Origin: an uncultured Peptococcaceae bacterium
Lineage (GTDB): Bacteria; Bacillota; Peptococcia; Peptococcales; Peptococcaceae
Assembly: GCA_963558655.1 (NCBI GenBank)
Contig: CAUWHJ010000008.1
Location: forward strand, 3,688-67,687
Reading direction: 5' to 3'
DNA length: 64,000 bases
The position numbers and the translations under genes are program-made. Of the stretch, positions 37,381 to 45,983 are shown in pieces. Under the pieces are notes generated by a model. That model ran no database searches. It saw only the letters and a program-made list of their open reading frames with translations, and was not told where the DNA came from. Position 1 is the stretch's first letter. Every line of letters starts with the position of its first letter.

Positions 37381-37417
37381 ATGAAGAGAGAAACAAGTTA
37401 ATTTCTCTCTTCATTTA
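37381..37417 (+). terminator. Hairpin after the phosphodiesterase gene (weak T tract)
   Basis: 13-bp perfect stem atgaagagagaaa / tttctctcttcat with an 8-nt loop. Confidence 0.55.
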
Positions 37418-37471
37418 TAGATTAGTGTCACATTTAATTTTGCATAAATATAATCAAAGTGAGGTGTAATT

Positions 37472-38923
37472 ATGTCCACGAAAGTAGCAATTAAAAAAGA
37501 TTATACCTTTTACATTCATGTTATTATTACGTTGTTTTTTATGTTTGTTTTTGGTCGTATTGTTCCTCCGGTTGGTCCATTGACTGAGATTGGTATGAAT
37601 TGCCTTGGAATTTTAATCGGAGTTATTTATGCTTGGACGACAACCAGCCTTATTTGGCCTAGTTTTCTTGGCATGGTTGCGATGGTTACTAATGGTGCAT
37701 ATACGATGACAGAATGGCTACCTGTTTTTTTTGCAAATACGACTGTAGTTTTTATGTTACTTATATTTGTTTTTACGCAGGTTATTAATGAATCTGGCTT
37801 GGTTAAATTTTTTGCTGCATGGCTGATGAGTCGGAAAATTATAGAGGGTAGACCTTGGCTATTCACGTCCTTTTTGTTATTAGGTGCATATCTTGGTGGT
37901 ATGTTTGTTAATGGTTTTGCGGTTTCATTAATTTTGTGGATGATTTTATATGACGTTTGCAACAAATTTGGTTTTAAGCCTTATGAAAAATATCCAACAA
38001 TGATGATTTTGGGTATTGTACTTTGTTCATGCATATTGGGAACTTCTGTAATGCCTTATCGTTTGACAGCAATGGTCATGATAGGGACTATTAATTCTGT
38101 TGCACCACAGTGGGCGGTGAATTCTTCTCAATATTTACTCTTTGCTGTGCCGACAACATTAATAATGGTTGTTAGCTATATACTTATTATGAAATTTGTA
38201 TTTCGAATTGATCTCTCTAAAATGAAAACGATTAGTAGTGATTATGTAAATCAAGGGGATCTAGCTCTTACAAAAATACAGAAGATTTCTGCGATTTTTC
38301 TGGTTGTTGCTGTTGTTTCGTTGATTGTTGTCGATTCTATTTCGAGTTTAGATAGCATAAGTAATATTGGCGTTATTTTGGCAGTTTTGGCAGTGATGTT
38401 ATTAATTAAAGTTGATGGAGAACCATTACTTGATTTTGCGAAAGCTGCAAGGGGAATTCAATGGCAGATGATATTTTTATTTGCTTTTATTCTTCCCTTT
38501 TCTAATTACCTTACATCAGATGCGACAGGCATTAAAACATTGTTAATTCAAAATGCTATTCCGTTTTTTTCATCTATGTCGCCATTGGTTTTTGTTTTCT
38601 TGATATCATTTATTGGCATGATCCTTACTAATTTTACAAATAATGCGGTCCTTTCGATTATGTTGATAACTATATCAATACCGATTTGTGAAGGGATGGG
38701 AATTTCACCATTACCACTTATTATGCTTGGCGTATTTACGAATCAATTTGCATTTCTTACGCCAGCAGCATCTGCTCCAGCGGCATTTGTATTTGCAAAT
38801 ACTGCATGGATTAAACCGGCTGATATGTATAAAATTATTCCGGTTACATTGCTTTTATTGTTTATTGTAGCGTGTGTAGTCGCCTTTCCTTATGCTTGTT
38901 TGATCTTTGGGTTCCATATTTAA
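37472..38923 (+). CDS. IT-superfamily permease, paralogue of the ORF at 1..1269
   Basis: 483-aa polytopic protein. Shares LIWPS, GRPW and NFTNNAVLSIML motifs with the first ORF of the window. RBS gtgaggtg upstream. Confidence 0.75.
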   Translation: MSTKVAIKKDYTFYIHVIITLFFMFVFGRIVPPVGPLTEIGMNCLGILIGVIYAWTTTSLIWPSFLGMVAMVTNGAYTMTEWLPVFFANTTVVFMLLIFVFTQVINESGLVKFFAAWLMSRKIIEGRPWLFTSFLLLGAYLGGMFVNGFAVSLILWMILYDVCNKFGFKPYEKYPTMMILGIVLCSCILGTSVMPYRLTAMVMIGTINSVAPQWAVNSSQYLLFAVPTTLIMVVSYILIMKFVFRIDLSKMKTISSDYVNQGDLALTKIQKISAIFLVVAVVSLIVVDSISSLDSISNIGVILAVLAVMLLIKVDGEPLLDFAKAARGIQWQMIFLFAFILPFSNYLTSDATGIKTLLIQNAIPFFSSMSPLVFVFLISFIGMILTNFTNNAVLSIMLITISIPICEGMGISPLPLIMLGVFTNQFAFLTPAASAPAAFVFANTAWIKPADMYKIIPVTLLLLFIVACVVAFPYACLIFGFHI

Positions 38924-38941
38924 AGGAAACAAAAAAGAAGG

Positions 38942-38990
38942 CCCACTTGTATAATGCAATGATTTACAGTGCATTGTAAGTGGGTTTTCT
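38942..38990. terminator. Imperfect long hairpin between the convergent permease and LysR genes
   Basis: cccactt...aatgc / gcatt...aagtggg arms with an internal loop, followed by ttttctttg. Confidence 0.5.
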
Positions 38991-39041
38991 TTGTATGAAG
39001 TTTTTTATGATGTGCGATTTCAGGTTTATCATTAAAGATAC

Positions 39042-39953
39042 TTAATTGAGACGACTGAATTCTTTAATGATTTGGATGAAGCGTTCAATAATTGAAATTG
39101 AATTAGATGTTTTATTATAGATAGCGTATGTTGGAAAAGATTGTAGGTTACAAATAGGAATGGCTTTTACATTATCATTTGTATAGTCAATCATATTGCT
39201 AAAGGTTAGACCTATGGCATTTTGACGGACAATAAGTTGACGAATGAGATTGATATTGTTTGAATATAGGACGATATTTACATTATCGAAATCAGAAAAA
39301 AGAGACTTATATGTTAAATCGTCAGATTGATCGGATGCGGTTAAAGCAAGTGGAAAAGTTATTATTTCCTCTAAGCTGACTGATTTACGTTGAGCAAAAA
39401 TAGATGATTCGTTCACCAAGATATACATACTTTCATAGTAAAGAAAATCATAGCAGTAATCGCTATAATCTTGAATATTATCAAGTTGTTTTGAATTACA
39501 AAAAGAAATTCCTATATCACTGATTCCAGTTAAAACGTCATCTATCACTAGATTGGATGACTTTTCGATGACTGAAAGTTTAATTTTTGGATTTTTTTCT
39601 AAGAAAAATGGAACAATTTCATGAAGATAGTAATTATTCGCAGCAAAAGTTAAACTTACTTTCAAAGATCCTGAAATTTCGGTAGAGAATGTTTGATTAT
39701 ATTGGATGGCAAGTTGGTCAAATTTACTTGTTAATGACAGAATTTGTTTCGAAAGTTCAAAAGCTGTTTGACCATATGATGTGAGTGTAACTCCAGAATG
39801 GTGGCGATTGAATAATGGAAAACCTATTTCTTGTTCAAGATTTTGTAAAGCAACGCTAAGAGCGGGAGAAGAGATAAATAAATTATCTGCTGCTTTACGA
39901 ATTGATCCGGTTTTTGCTATTTCAACAAAATATTTAAGCTGTTCAATACGCAT
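39042..39953 (-). CDS. LysR-family transcriptional regulator
   Basis: N-terminal HTH (IRKAADNLFISSPALSVALQNLEQEIGFPLFNR) plus a substrate-binding domain of typical length. Confidence 0.9.
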   Translation of the reverse strand: MRIEQLKYFVEIAKTGSIRKAADNLFISSPALSVALQNLEQEIGFPLFNRHHSGVTLTSYGQTAFELSKQILSLTSKFDQLAIQYNQTFSTEISGSLKVSLTFAANNYYLHEIVPFFLEKNPKIKLSVIEKSSNLVIDDVLTGISDIGISFCNSKQLDNIQDYSDYCYDFLYYESMYILVNESSIFAQRKSVSLEEIITFPLALTASDQSDDLTYKSLFSDFDNVNIVLYSNNINLIRQLIVRQNAIGLTFSNMIDYTNDNVKAIPICNLQSFPTYAIYNKTSNSISIIERFIQIIKEFSRLN

Positions 39954-40070
39954 AACAATCCCCTTTTCTCGTTATTATATACAGATCATTTTATCAAAAT
40001 GCTAACTGTGCTAACGATATGTCAAGTGAAAAAAGTTCTTGATAAAATACATCGGTGTTTTAAGGGTGAT

Positions 40071-40134
40071 GTGTTTATTCCACAGAAAGAGCGGCGCACA
40101 CATGGGCGAGGACGCCGCTTGGCATGGCGTTTTC
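40071..40134. repeat. Right copy of the 64-nt direct repeat (attR-like), forming the 3' end of the intact amidohydrolase gene
   Basis: See the left copy. The core is 40091-40134. Confidence 0.9.
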
Positions 40135-41223
40135 ATCGAAACGCACGCCGGCGTTGTGGATGTTGGCGTCGTAGCCTGGTACATGGGTACCGAGGGTCAT
40201 CATGGTGATGGGAACGTTTTGGCTGAAGTAGCCAAAGTCTTCGCTCCAGGAGAAAGGTGTTTCGTGAACGCTTGTGCGGCAGTCTGGTGCATAGTGAGCG
40301 AGCACAGCGATGATGTTTTTATTCAGTGAAGGATTGCTGGTGACTGCAGGCACGGAGGTGACCCAACGTGTTTCTGCGGTGCAGCGCAGGGTTTGGGCAA
40401 CGCCTGCAGCAATGGCTTCCAGGCGGCTTTTGAGTTGGCTGCGTAGTGCAGTGTCGTAGGTACGCAGGGTGCCGCGCAGTTGTGCAGTTTCCGGAACAAC
40501 GTTGTAAGTGGTGCCGGAGGTGATGGCACAAACCGAGAGCACGGCGGTGTCAAATGGAGAGATTTCACGGCTCATCAGTCCTTGCAGAGCGTTGTAGATT
40601 TGTACGGCGGCAAAGATGGGGTCGCAGCCGTTGTGCGGAGCGGCGCCATGGGTGCTGGTGCCATGTATGTCCATGAAAAATTCATCGGAAGCGGCATAGA
40701 GTGGGCCATCTTTATAATAGAGCACGCCGCTTTCCATGACGGGCGAAACGTGCAGGGCGAAGGCACCTTGATAGGTTGGCTCGATGAGGCCTTGTTCCAG
40801 AAGAAATTTGCCGCCGGTGGCGCCTTCTTCATCAGGCTGGAAGATGAGGCGTGTGCGATGGGTGAGCTTGTCGGCGTGCTTTTGCAGCAGGCAGGCAGCA
40901 CCCAAGAGCATGGCGGTGTGCAGGTCGTGGCCGCAGTTGTGCGCCCAGGTGGTTTCCGAGGAGAAAGGCAGACCGCTTTCTTCGTGCATAGGTAGTGCGT
41001 CGGTGTCGGCACGCAATATCATGCCTGCGGGGCCATTGCCAATGTCGCAGACGATGGTGCCTTGGCAGGGTTCGGAAAAGGAAACGCGATGTGCGTTTAG
41101 CACATCGCGAATGAGTTGCAGCGTTTCTGGCAGGTCGTAGCCGCCTTCTGCGTGTTGATGCAGGGTGCGGCGCCAGCGGATAAGCTCAGGCAATAAAGCG
41201 TTGGCATCGTTTGTTAGATTCAT
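40075..41223 (-). CDS. M20D-family amidohydrolase (N-acyl-amino-acid / hippurate-hydrolase-like)
   Basis: HNCGHDLH metal-binding motif, with M20 architecture and length. Confidence 0.9.
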   Translation of the reverse strand: MNLTNDANALLPELIRWRRTLHQHAEGGYDLPETLQLIRDVLNAHRVSFSEPCQGTIVCDIGNGPAGMILRADTDALPMHEESGLPFSSETTWAHNCGHDLHTAMLLGAACLLQKHADKLTHRTRLIFQPDEEGATGGKFLLEQGLIEPTYQGAFALHVSPVMESGVLYYKDGPLYAASDEFFMDIHGTSTHGAAPHNGCDPIFAAVQIYNALQGLMSREISPFDTAVLSVCAITSGTTYNVVPETAQLRGTLRTYDTALRSQLKSRLEAIAAGVAQTLRCTAETRWVTSVPAVTSNPSLNKNIIAVLAHYAPDCRTSVHETPFSWSEDFGYFSQNVPITMMTLGTHVPGYDANIHNAGVRFDENAMPSGVLAHVCAALSVE

Positions 41224-41233
41224 GATGACTCTC

Positions 41234-42049
41234 CTAGCTTAAAAGGAAGTAACCAAGGACAATAATCCCGAGTACGATGCGGTAGTAACCGAATGGTTTG
41301 AAGTCGTTCTTGGCTACATAAGCAACAAGGAACTTGATAGCGAGAATCGAGACGACGAAGGCTACAAGCATACCGAAAAGGAGGATGCAGGCTTCGTAGG
41401 CGGTGAAGTTGAACCCGAATTTAACGAGTTTTAAGAGGCTGGCACCAAACATGATTGGAATGCTCATGAAGAAAGAAAATTCCGTAGCTACTGTACGAGA
41501 GGTGCCAACAAGCATACCGCCGATGATGGTGGAACCGGAGCGAGAGGTGCCTGGAATTAAGGAGAGCACCTGGAAGCAGCCGATTTTGAAGGCAGTGAGA
41601 TAGCTCATTTTCTCGAAGCTGTCAACGGTTGGTTTGTAATTGTATTTGGTTTCAATCCAGATGAAAATGATACCGTAGACAATCAACGCAATGGCAACGA
41701 CGACATAATTGTAGAAATGTTCGTCCAGCCAGTCGTTGAGTGGCAAGCCGATGAGAGCGGCAGGCAGGCAGCCGATGATGACCTTGCCCCAGATTTGCCA
41801 GGTGTCGGATTTTTCTTTGGCACTTTTTCGTGGTGAGAAAGGGTTGAGTTTATGAAAATACACAACAACCACGGCTAAAATGGCCCCAAGTTGGATGACA
41901 ACGAGAAACATTTCCCAAAAATCACGGGATACATCCAACCGCAAAAAGTTTTCAACAAGAATCATGTGCCCGGTACTGGAAACTGGCAGCCATTCGGTAA
42001 TCCCTTCGACAATACCAAGTATCAGGACTTTGAGATATTCGATGATCAT
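41234..42049 (-). CDS. uppP: Undecaprenyl-diphosphate phosphatase
   Basis: [10 protein letters not shown] and PGTSRSG motifs. The ATG at 42049 lies 6 nt behind ggagg, which sits inside the longer track ORF. Confidence 0.92.
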   Translation of the reverse strand: MIIEYLKVLILGIVEGITEWLPVSSTGHMILVENFLRLDVSRDFWEMFLVVIQLGAILAVVVVYFHKLNPFSPRKSAKEKSDTWQIWGKVIIGCLPAALIGLPLNDWLDEHFYNYVVVAIALIVYGIIFIWIETKYNYKPTVDSFEKMSYLTAFKIGCFQVLSLIPGTSRSGSTIIGGMLVGTSRTVATEFSFFMSIPIMFGASLLKLVKFGFNFTAYEACILLFGMLVAFVVSILAIKFLVAYVAKNDFKPFGYYRIVLGIIVLGYFLLS

Positions 42050-42194
42050 TTCATTCCTCCATAACATTGTGATGTTACCATTTTAATGGATGTGTACGGT
42101 GGTCGCAAGGGAGGGGCGGGAGAATTTATGAAAAATTTAAGAATAACACGCCTTATCTGAGGGAAATTTGAAAAATATGACTGTGTTTAGTATA

Positions 42195-42223
42195 TTGAAG
42201 GCGGGAAGGATTGCTGATATAAT
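42195..42223 (+). promoter_or_regulatory. Sigma-70-type promoter
   Basis: TTGAAG (42195-42200), 17-nt spacer, TATAAT (42218-42223). Confidence 0.55.
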
Positions 42224-42306
42224 CTGGATATAAAAATGTGGCAAAGAAAATTAAAGATGCCATTAAAAATGTTGGCGGTATCAGCTAGTGAACAATTTTT
42301 GAAAGA

Positions 42307-43083
42307 ATGAAAAGGAACGGGAGATACAGAACGTTGGTACAACAAAATGACATCACTTTTTGGGCGATTGGCGATTTGCATTTGTCGATTGGCTTGGAAA
42401 AAGACAAACAAAAACCGATGGATCAATTTGGTGATGCCTGGGTGCAGCACACAGCGAAGATTGCACGGAGCTGGTGCGAGCGGGTGAAAAAAGATGATGT
42501 GGTGCTGCTTCTGGGCGATCTTATCTGGGGCAATCGTGTAGACGAGGTGCGCTTTGCTCTTGATTGGCTGGGCTGTTTGCCGGGGCGCAAGGTGTTGGTA
42601 CGTGGCAATCATGACAACTGGTGGCAAAGCATTTCTAAGGTGCGTGGCGCTTTGCCGGCAGGTATGTATGCGATTCAAAACGATGCGTTGCTTTTTGGGA
42701 GCGTGGCCATCGCAGGCAGCCGTGGCTGGACGTATGCCGACCCAGAGGGACTTGAGCATCAGGAAAAAATGCTCAGACGTGAATATGCCCGCCTGGAAGC
42801 CTCGCTTGCACAGATGGCGTCCGAAGCCAGCTATCGTATTGCCATGCTGCATTATCCGCCGTTTGATGGCGCAGAGCCAGCGGTGGAAATGGCTGCACTT
42901 TTGGAACGCTACCAGGTTGATGTGTGTGTGTTTGGACATTTGCATGGTCAGGAAGCGGCACAATTCCGAGCAATAGAAAAAAACAATGTGAAATATGTGT
43001 TGGCAAGTGCAGATTATGTTGATTTTTCACCGCTGCCGCTTTATAATTATCAATATATTCATGACCGCATAAGGTATAATTGA
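42307..43083 (+). CDS. Calcineurin-like metallophosphoesterase
   Basis: GDLHLS, GDLIWG, GNHDNWW and GHLHG motifs. Confidence 0.8.
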   Translation: MKRNGRYRTLVQQNDITFWAIGDLHLSIGLEKDKQKPMDQFGDAWVQHTAKIARSWCERVKKDDVVLLLGDLIWGNRVDEVRFALDWLGCLPGRKVLVRGNHDNWWQSISKVRGALPAGMYAIQNDALLFGSVAIAGSRGWTYADPEGLEHQEKMLRREYARLEASLAQMASEASYRIAMLHYPPFDGAEPAVEMAALLERYQVDVCVFGHLHGQEAAQFRAIEKNNVKYVLASADYVDFSPLPLYNYQYIHDRIRYN

Positions 43084-43100
43084 AAAAGGGGGTGAGAAAG

Positions 43101-43484
43101 ATGACAAAACGTATTCTCGCAACAGAAAAAGCGCCTGCCGCATTGGGACCCTATTCTCAAGGCGTGGCTGCCAGCGGCGAAATGATTTTTGTATCCGGTC
43201 AAATTCCTATTGACCCAGCAACCGGCGCACCTGTGGAGGGTGACATTGCGCGCCAAACCACACAGTGCATGGATAACATCATAGCTATTTTAGCGGAAGC
43301 TGGCGCAACGGCGGAGAACATTGTTAAGACGACCATTTATCTCAAGGATATGGACAACTTTGGCGCCGTCAATGAGGCGTATGGCAAGTATTTCAAGGGC
43401 GACGCTCCGGCACGTGGTTGCGTGGAAGTGGCACGTTTGCCAAAGGATATGCAGGTAGAAATTGAAGCCATTGCGGTTTTATAA
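43101..43484 (+). CDS. ridA: RidA/YjgF-family reactive-intermediate deaminase
   Basis: About 127 aa, with APAALGPYSQG ... VEIEAIA, typical of RidA. ATG 43101 lies behind aaaggggg. Confidence 0.9.
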   Translation: MTKRILATEKAPAALGPYSQGVAASGEMIFVSGQIPIDPATGAPVEGDIARQTTQCMDNIIAILAEAGATAENIVKTTIYLKDMDNFGAVNEAYGKYFKGDAPARGCVEVARLPKDMQVEIEAIAVL

Positions 43485-43529
43485 TCGCTGTGCGCTGTTT
43501 GAAGGAGATAAAGAAAAAGGAGGAAGGTT

Positions 43530-44909
43530 ATGCTTGACGCATTGGTTTTAGCCCGTTGGCAGTTTGCGATTACAACGGTGTATCACTTTTTGTTTGTACC
43601 GCTGACGCTCGGCCTGTCCATCATGACAGCAATGATTCAAACGAAATATTATAAAACAGGCGATCCGAAGTACAAAACCATGACGAAGTTCTGGGGAAAA
43701 CTTTTCCTGATTAACTTTGTGATGGGGGTTGTCACGGGGCTTGTGCAGGAATTCCAATTTGGGATGAACTGGTCGGAGTATGCACGTTTCATGGGTGACA
43801 TTTTTGGTGCACCTTTGGCGATTGAGGCGCTTTTGGCGTTCTTTATCGAATCAACGTTTTTGGGCGTGTGGGTCTTTGGTTGGGACCGTCTGCCAAAAGC
43901 GGTGCATTTAGCGAGCATTTGGTTGGTGGCGTTGGCGTCCAACCTGAGTGCGATGTGGATTCTTGTGGCCAACTCATTTATGCAGCATCCACAGGGGTAT
44001 GTGCTCAATAACGGCCGCGTAGAAATGGATAATTTTGCTGACATTGTTGGCAATTCGTATTTCTTCCATCAATTTGCCCATGTGTTCACAGCCGGGCTGA
44101 CAACGGCGGCGTTTTTCATGTTGGGCATCAGCGCTTATCATTTGTTGCGTAAAAAGAACGTGCCAATCATGAAATCATCGTTCAAGTTCGCTGCCATCAT
44201 GGGGCTGATTGCGTCCATCGCCGTAGCTGGTGTAGGGCATATGCAAGGTCAGTATCTGACAAAAGAAGTGCCAATGAAAATGGCTGCCATGGAAGCACTT
44301 TGGGAAACCGAAGAACACGCACCACTGGCGCTTGTTGCCGGTATTGATATGGAAAACCATGAAAACACGTTTGAAATTGCCATTCCTGGCGCATTGAGTT
44401 TTATGGCACATAACAACTTTACTGAAGAAGTGCAGGGGATTAACGATCTTCAGGAACAGTATGAAGAACAGTATGGCGAAGGCAATTATATTCCAGATGT
44501 ACCGCTCATGTTTTGGAGTTTTCGCATCATGGTTGGCGCCGGCAGCCTTTTGGTATTGGGTGCGCTGATTGCTTGCTTCATGGTGAAAACAAAACGTGAG
44601 ATAAAAGGTTCCAAGCTTTTATTGGCCTTTTTACCGTTGATGCTTTTCCCATATCTTGCCAATTCTTTTGGCTGGATTCTCACGGAAGTGGGGCGTCAGC
44701 CATGGATTGTTTATGGCTTGCAAAAGACGGCAGATGCGGTGTCGCAAGTGGTATCCGGCGGCGAAGTGCTGATTACGCTCGTAGGTTTCACCCTCGTTTA
44801 TCTGATATTGGCAATTATTGACGTTGGTTTGCTTGCTCGTGCAGCCAAGAAAGTGGAAGATGGCGACAAGAAGCCTAAAGCGGCAGAGGAGGGCTCGTTA
44901 TGGATTTAA
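43530..44909 (+). CDS. cydA: Cytochrome bd oxidase subunit I
   Basis: Polytopic protein with the GRQPW(I)VYG motif and conserved N-terminal WQFAITTVYHFLFVPLT. Confidence 0.95.
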   Translation: MLDALVLARWQFAITTVYHFLFVPLTLGLSIMTAMIQTKYYKTGDPKYKTMTKFWGKLFLINFVMGVVTGLVQEFQFGMNWSEYARFMGDIFGAPLAIEALLAFFIESTFLGVWVFGWDRLPKAVHLASIWLVALASNLSAMWILVANSFMQHPQGYVLNNGRVEMDNFADIVGNSYFFHQFAHVFTAGLTTAAFFMLGISAYHLLRKKNVPIMKSSFKFAAIMGLIASIAVAGVGHMQGQYLTKEVPMKMAAMEALWETEEHAPLALVAGIDMENHENTFEIAIPGALSFMAHNNFTEEVQGINDLQEQYEEQYGEGNYIPDVPLMFWSFRIMVGAGSLLVLGALIACFMVKTKREIKGSKLLLAFLPLMLFPYLANSFGWILTEVGRQPWIVYGLQKTADAVSQVVSGGEVLITLVGFTLVYLILAIIDVGLLARAAKKVEDGDKKPKAAEEGSLWI

Positions 44910-45907
44910 ATATTCTTTGGTTTATTCTCATTACGGTGCTGTTCATCGGCTTCTTCTTTCTGGAAGGATTCGATTATGGCGTGGGTGCGCTTATTCCAAT
45001 CATCGGTAAGGACGATGATGAACGCCGTGTGGTTTTGAACACCATCGGGCCGTTCTGGGACGGTAATGAGGTGTGGCTGATTACTGCCGGCGGCGCCATG
45101 TTTGCTGCTTTTCCTCATGTGTATGCCACCATGTTCAGTGGTTGGTATCTGGCGCTGTTTTTGATTCTTTTGGCGTTGATTTTGCGCGCTACCGGCATTG
45201 AGTTCCGCAGCCAAAAGCCAAGCCTTTCCTGGCGCAAGGGCTGGGATACGGTGATTGCTGTTTCATCGATTCTGTCTGCTGTGCTTTGGGGCGTGGCGGT
45301 GTCGAATTTGGTGATTGGCGTGCCTATTGATGAAAATATGCAGTATGCTGGCTCTTTCTTCACGCTTCTGCGTCCATTCTGCCTGGTTGGCGGTGTGATG
45401 CTGGCGTTGATTTTCCTCTACCATGGTGCTTGCTATCTCATGCTCAAGGCTGGTGAACAGTCGGTATTAGACCGTGCCCAGGGGATTGCCGAAAAACTTG
45501 GCCCAATCATGATTGTTGTCACGGTTGTTTGGGTGGTGTGGGCATTCTTTGCAAGCACCATGTTTGAGAATGTGCTGGCCATCATCTTCATTGCTCTGGC
45601 AGCGGTGCTGATGATTCTCTCAGTGTTTTGCACCAAAAAGAAAGCATCTGGGAAAGCATTCATCTTTATCGCTTTGGCGATTGCCTTCTGTGTGGCTGGT
45701 GTTTTCGCCGGTATGTTCCCGAACATCATGATTTCGACGATTGACCCAGCGTACAGCCTTGACATCTACAATGCAGCGTCCTCGCCTAAGACCCTGAGCT
45801 TTATGACGAAGGTAGCGCTGACCATGGTGCCGATTGTGCTTTTGTATCAGATTTGGTCTTTCTATGTGTTCCGCGCGCGTGTGACCAAAAAATCGGTGAA
45901 ATATTGA
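44900..45907 (+). CDS. cydB: Cytochrome bd oxidase subunit II
   Basis: Overlaps the cydA stop. 8-TM protein with the N-terminal pattern WF.LI..LF.GFF.LEGFDYGVG. Confidence 0.93.
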   Translation: MDLNILWFILITVLFIGFFFLEGFDYGVGALIPIIGKDDDERRVVLNTIGPFWDGNEVWLITAGGAMFAAFPHVYATMFSGWYLALFLILLALILRATGIEFRSQKPSLSWRKGWDTVIAVSSILSAVLWGVAVSNLVIGVPIDENMQYAGSFFTLLRPFCLVGGVMLALIFLYHGACYLMLKAGEQSVLDRAQGIAEKLGPIMIVVTVVWVVWAFFASTMFENVLAIIFIALAAVLMILSVFCTKKKASGKAFIFIALAIAFCVAGVFAGMFPNIMISTIDPAYSLDIYNAASSPKTLSFMTKVALTMVPIVLLYQIWSFYVFRARVTKKSVKY

Positions 45908-45913
45908 TGAATC

Positions 45914-45944
45914 AAGCGTTTCCTTTTTGGGGAGCGCTTTTTTC
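45914..45944 (+). terminator. Hairpin plus T tract after cydB (possibly a partial terminator)
   Basis: aagcgtttcc / ggagcgctt stem with G-U pairs, followed by tttttt. Confidence 0.5.
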
Positions 45945-45983
45945 TTAGCTTTAGGCAATGTTGAATGATTGAGGAGGTTTTTC

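Larger units (their letters stand above)
35145..40070. mobile_element. AT-rich 4.9-kb genomic islet with no recombinase gene
   Basis: About 33-38% GC on sampled lines versus about 50-57% in the flanking clpC and amidohydrolase genes. Bracketed by the direct repeat. Carries three cargo genes. Confidence 0.65.
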
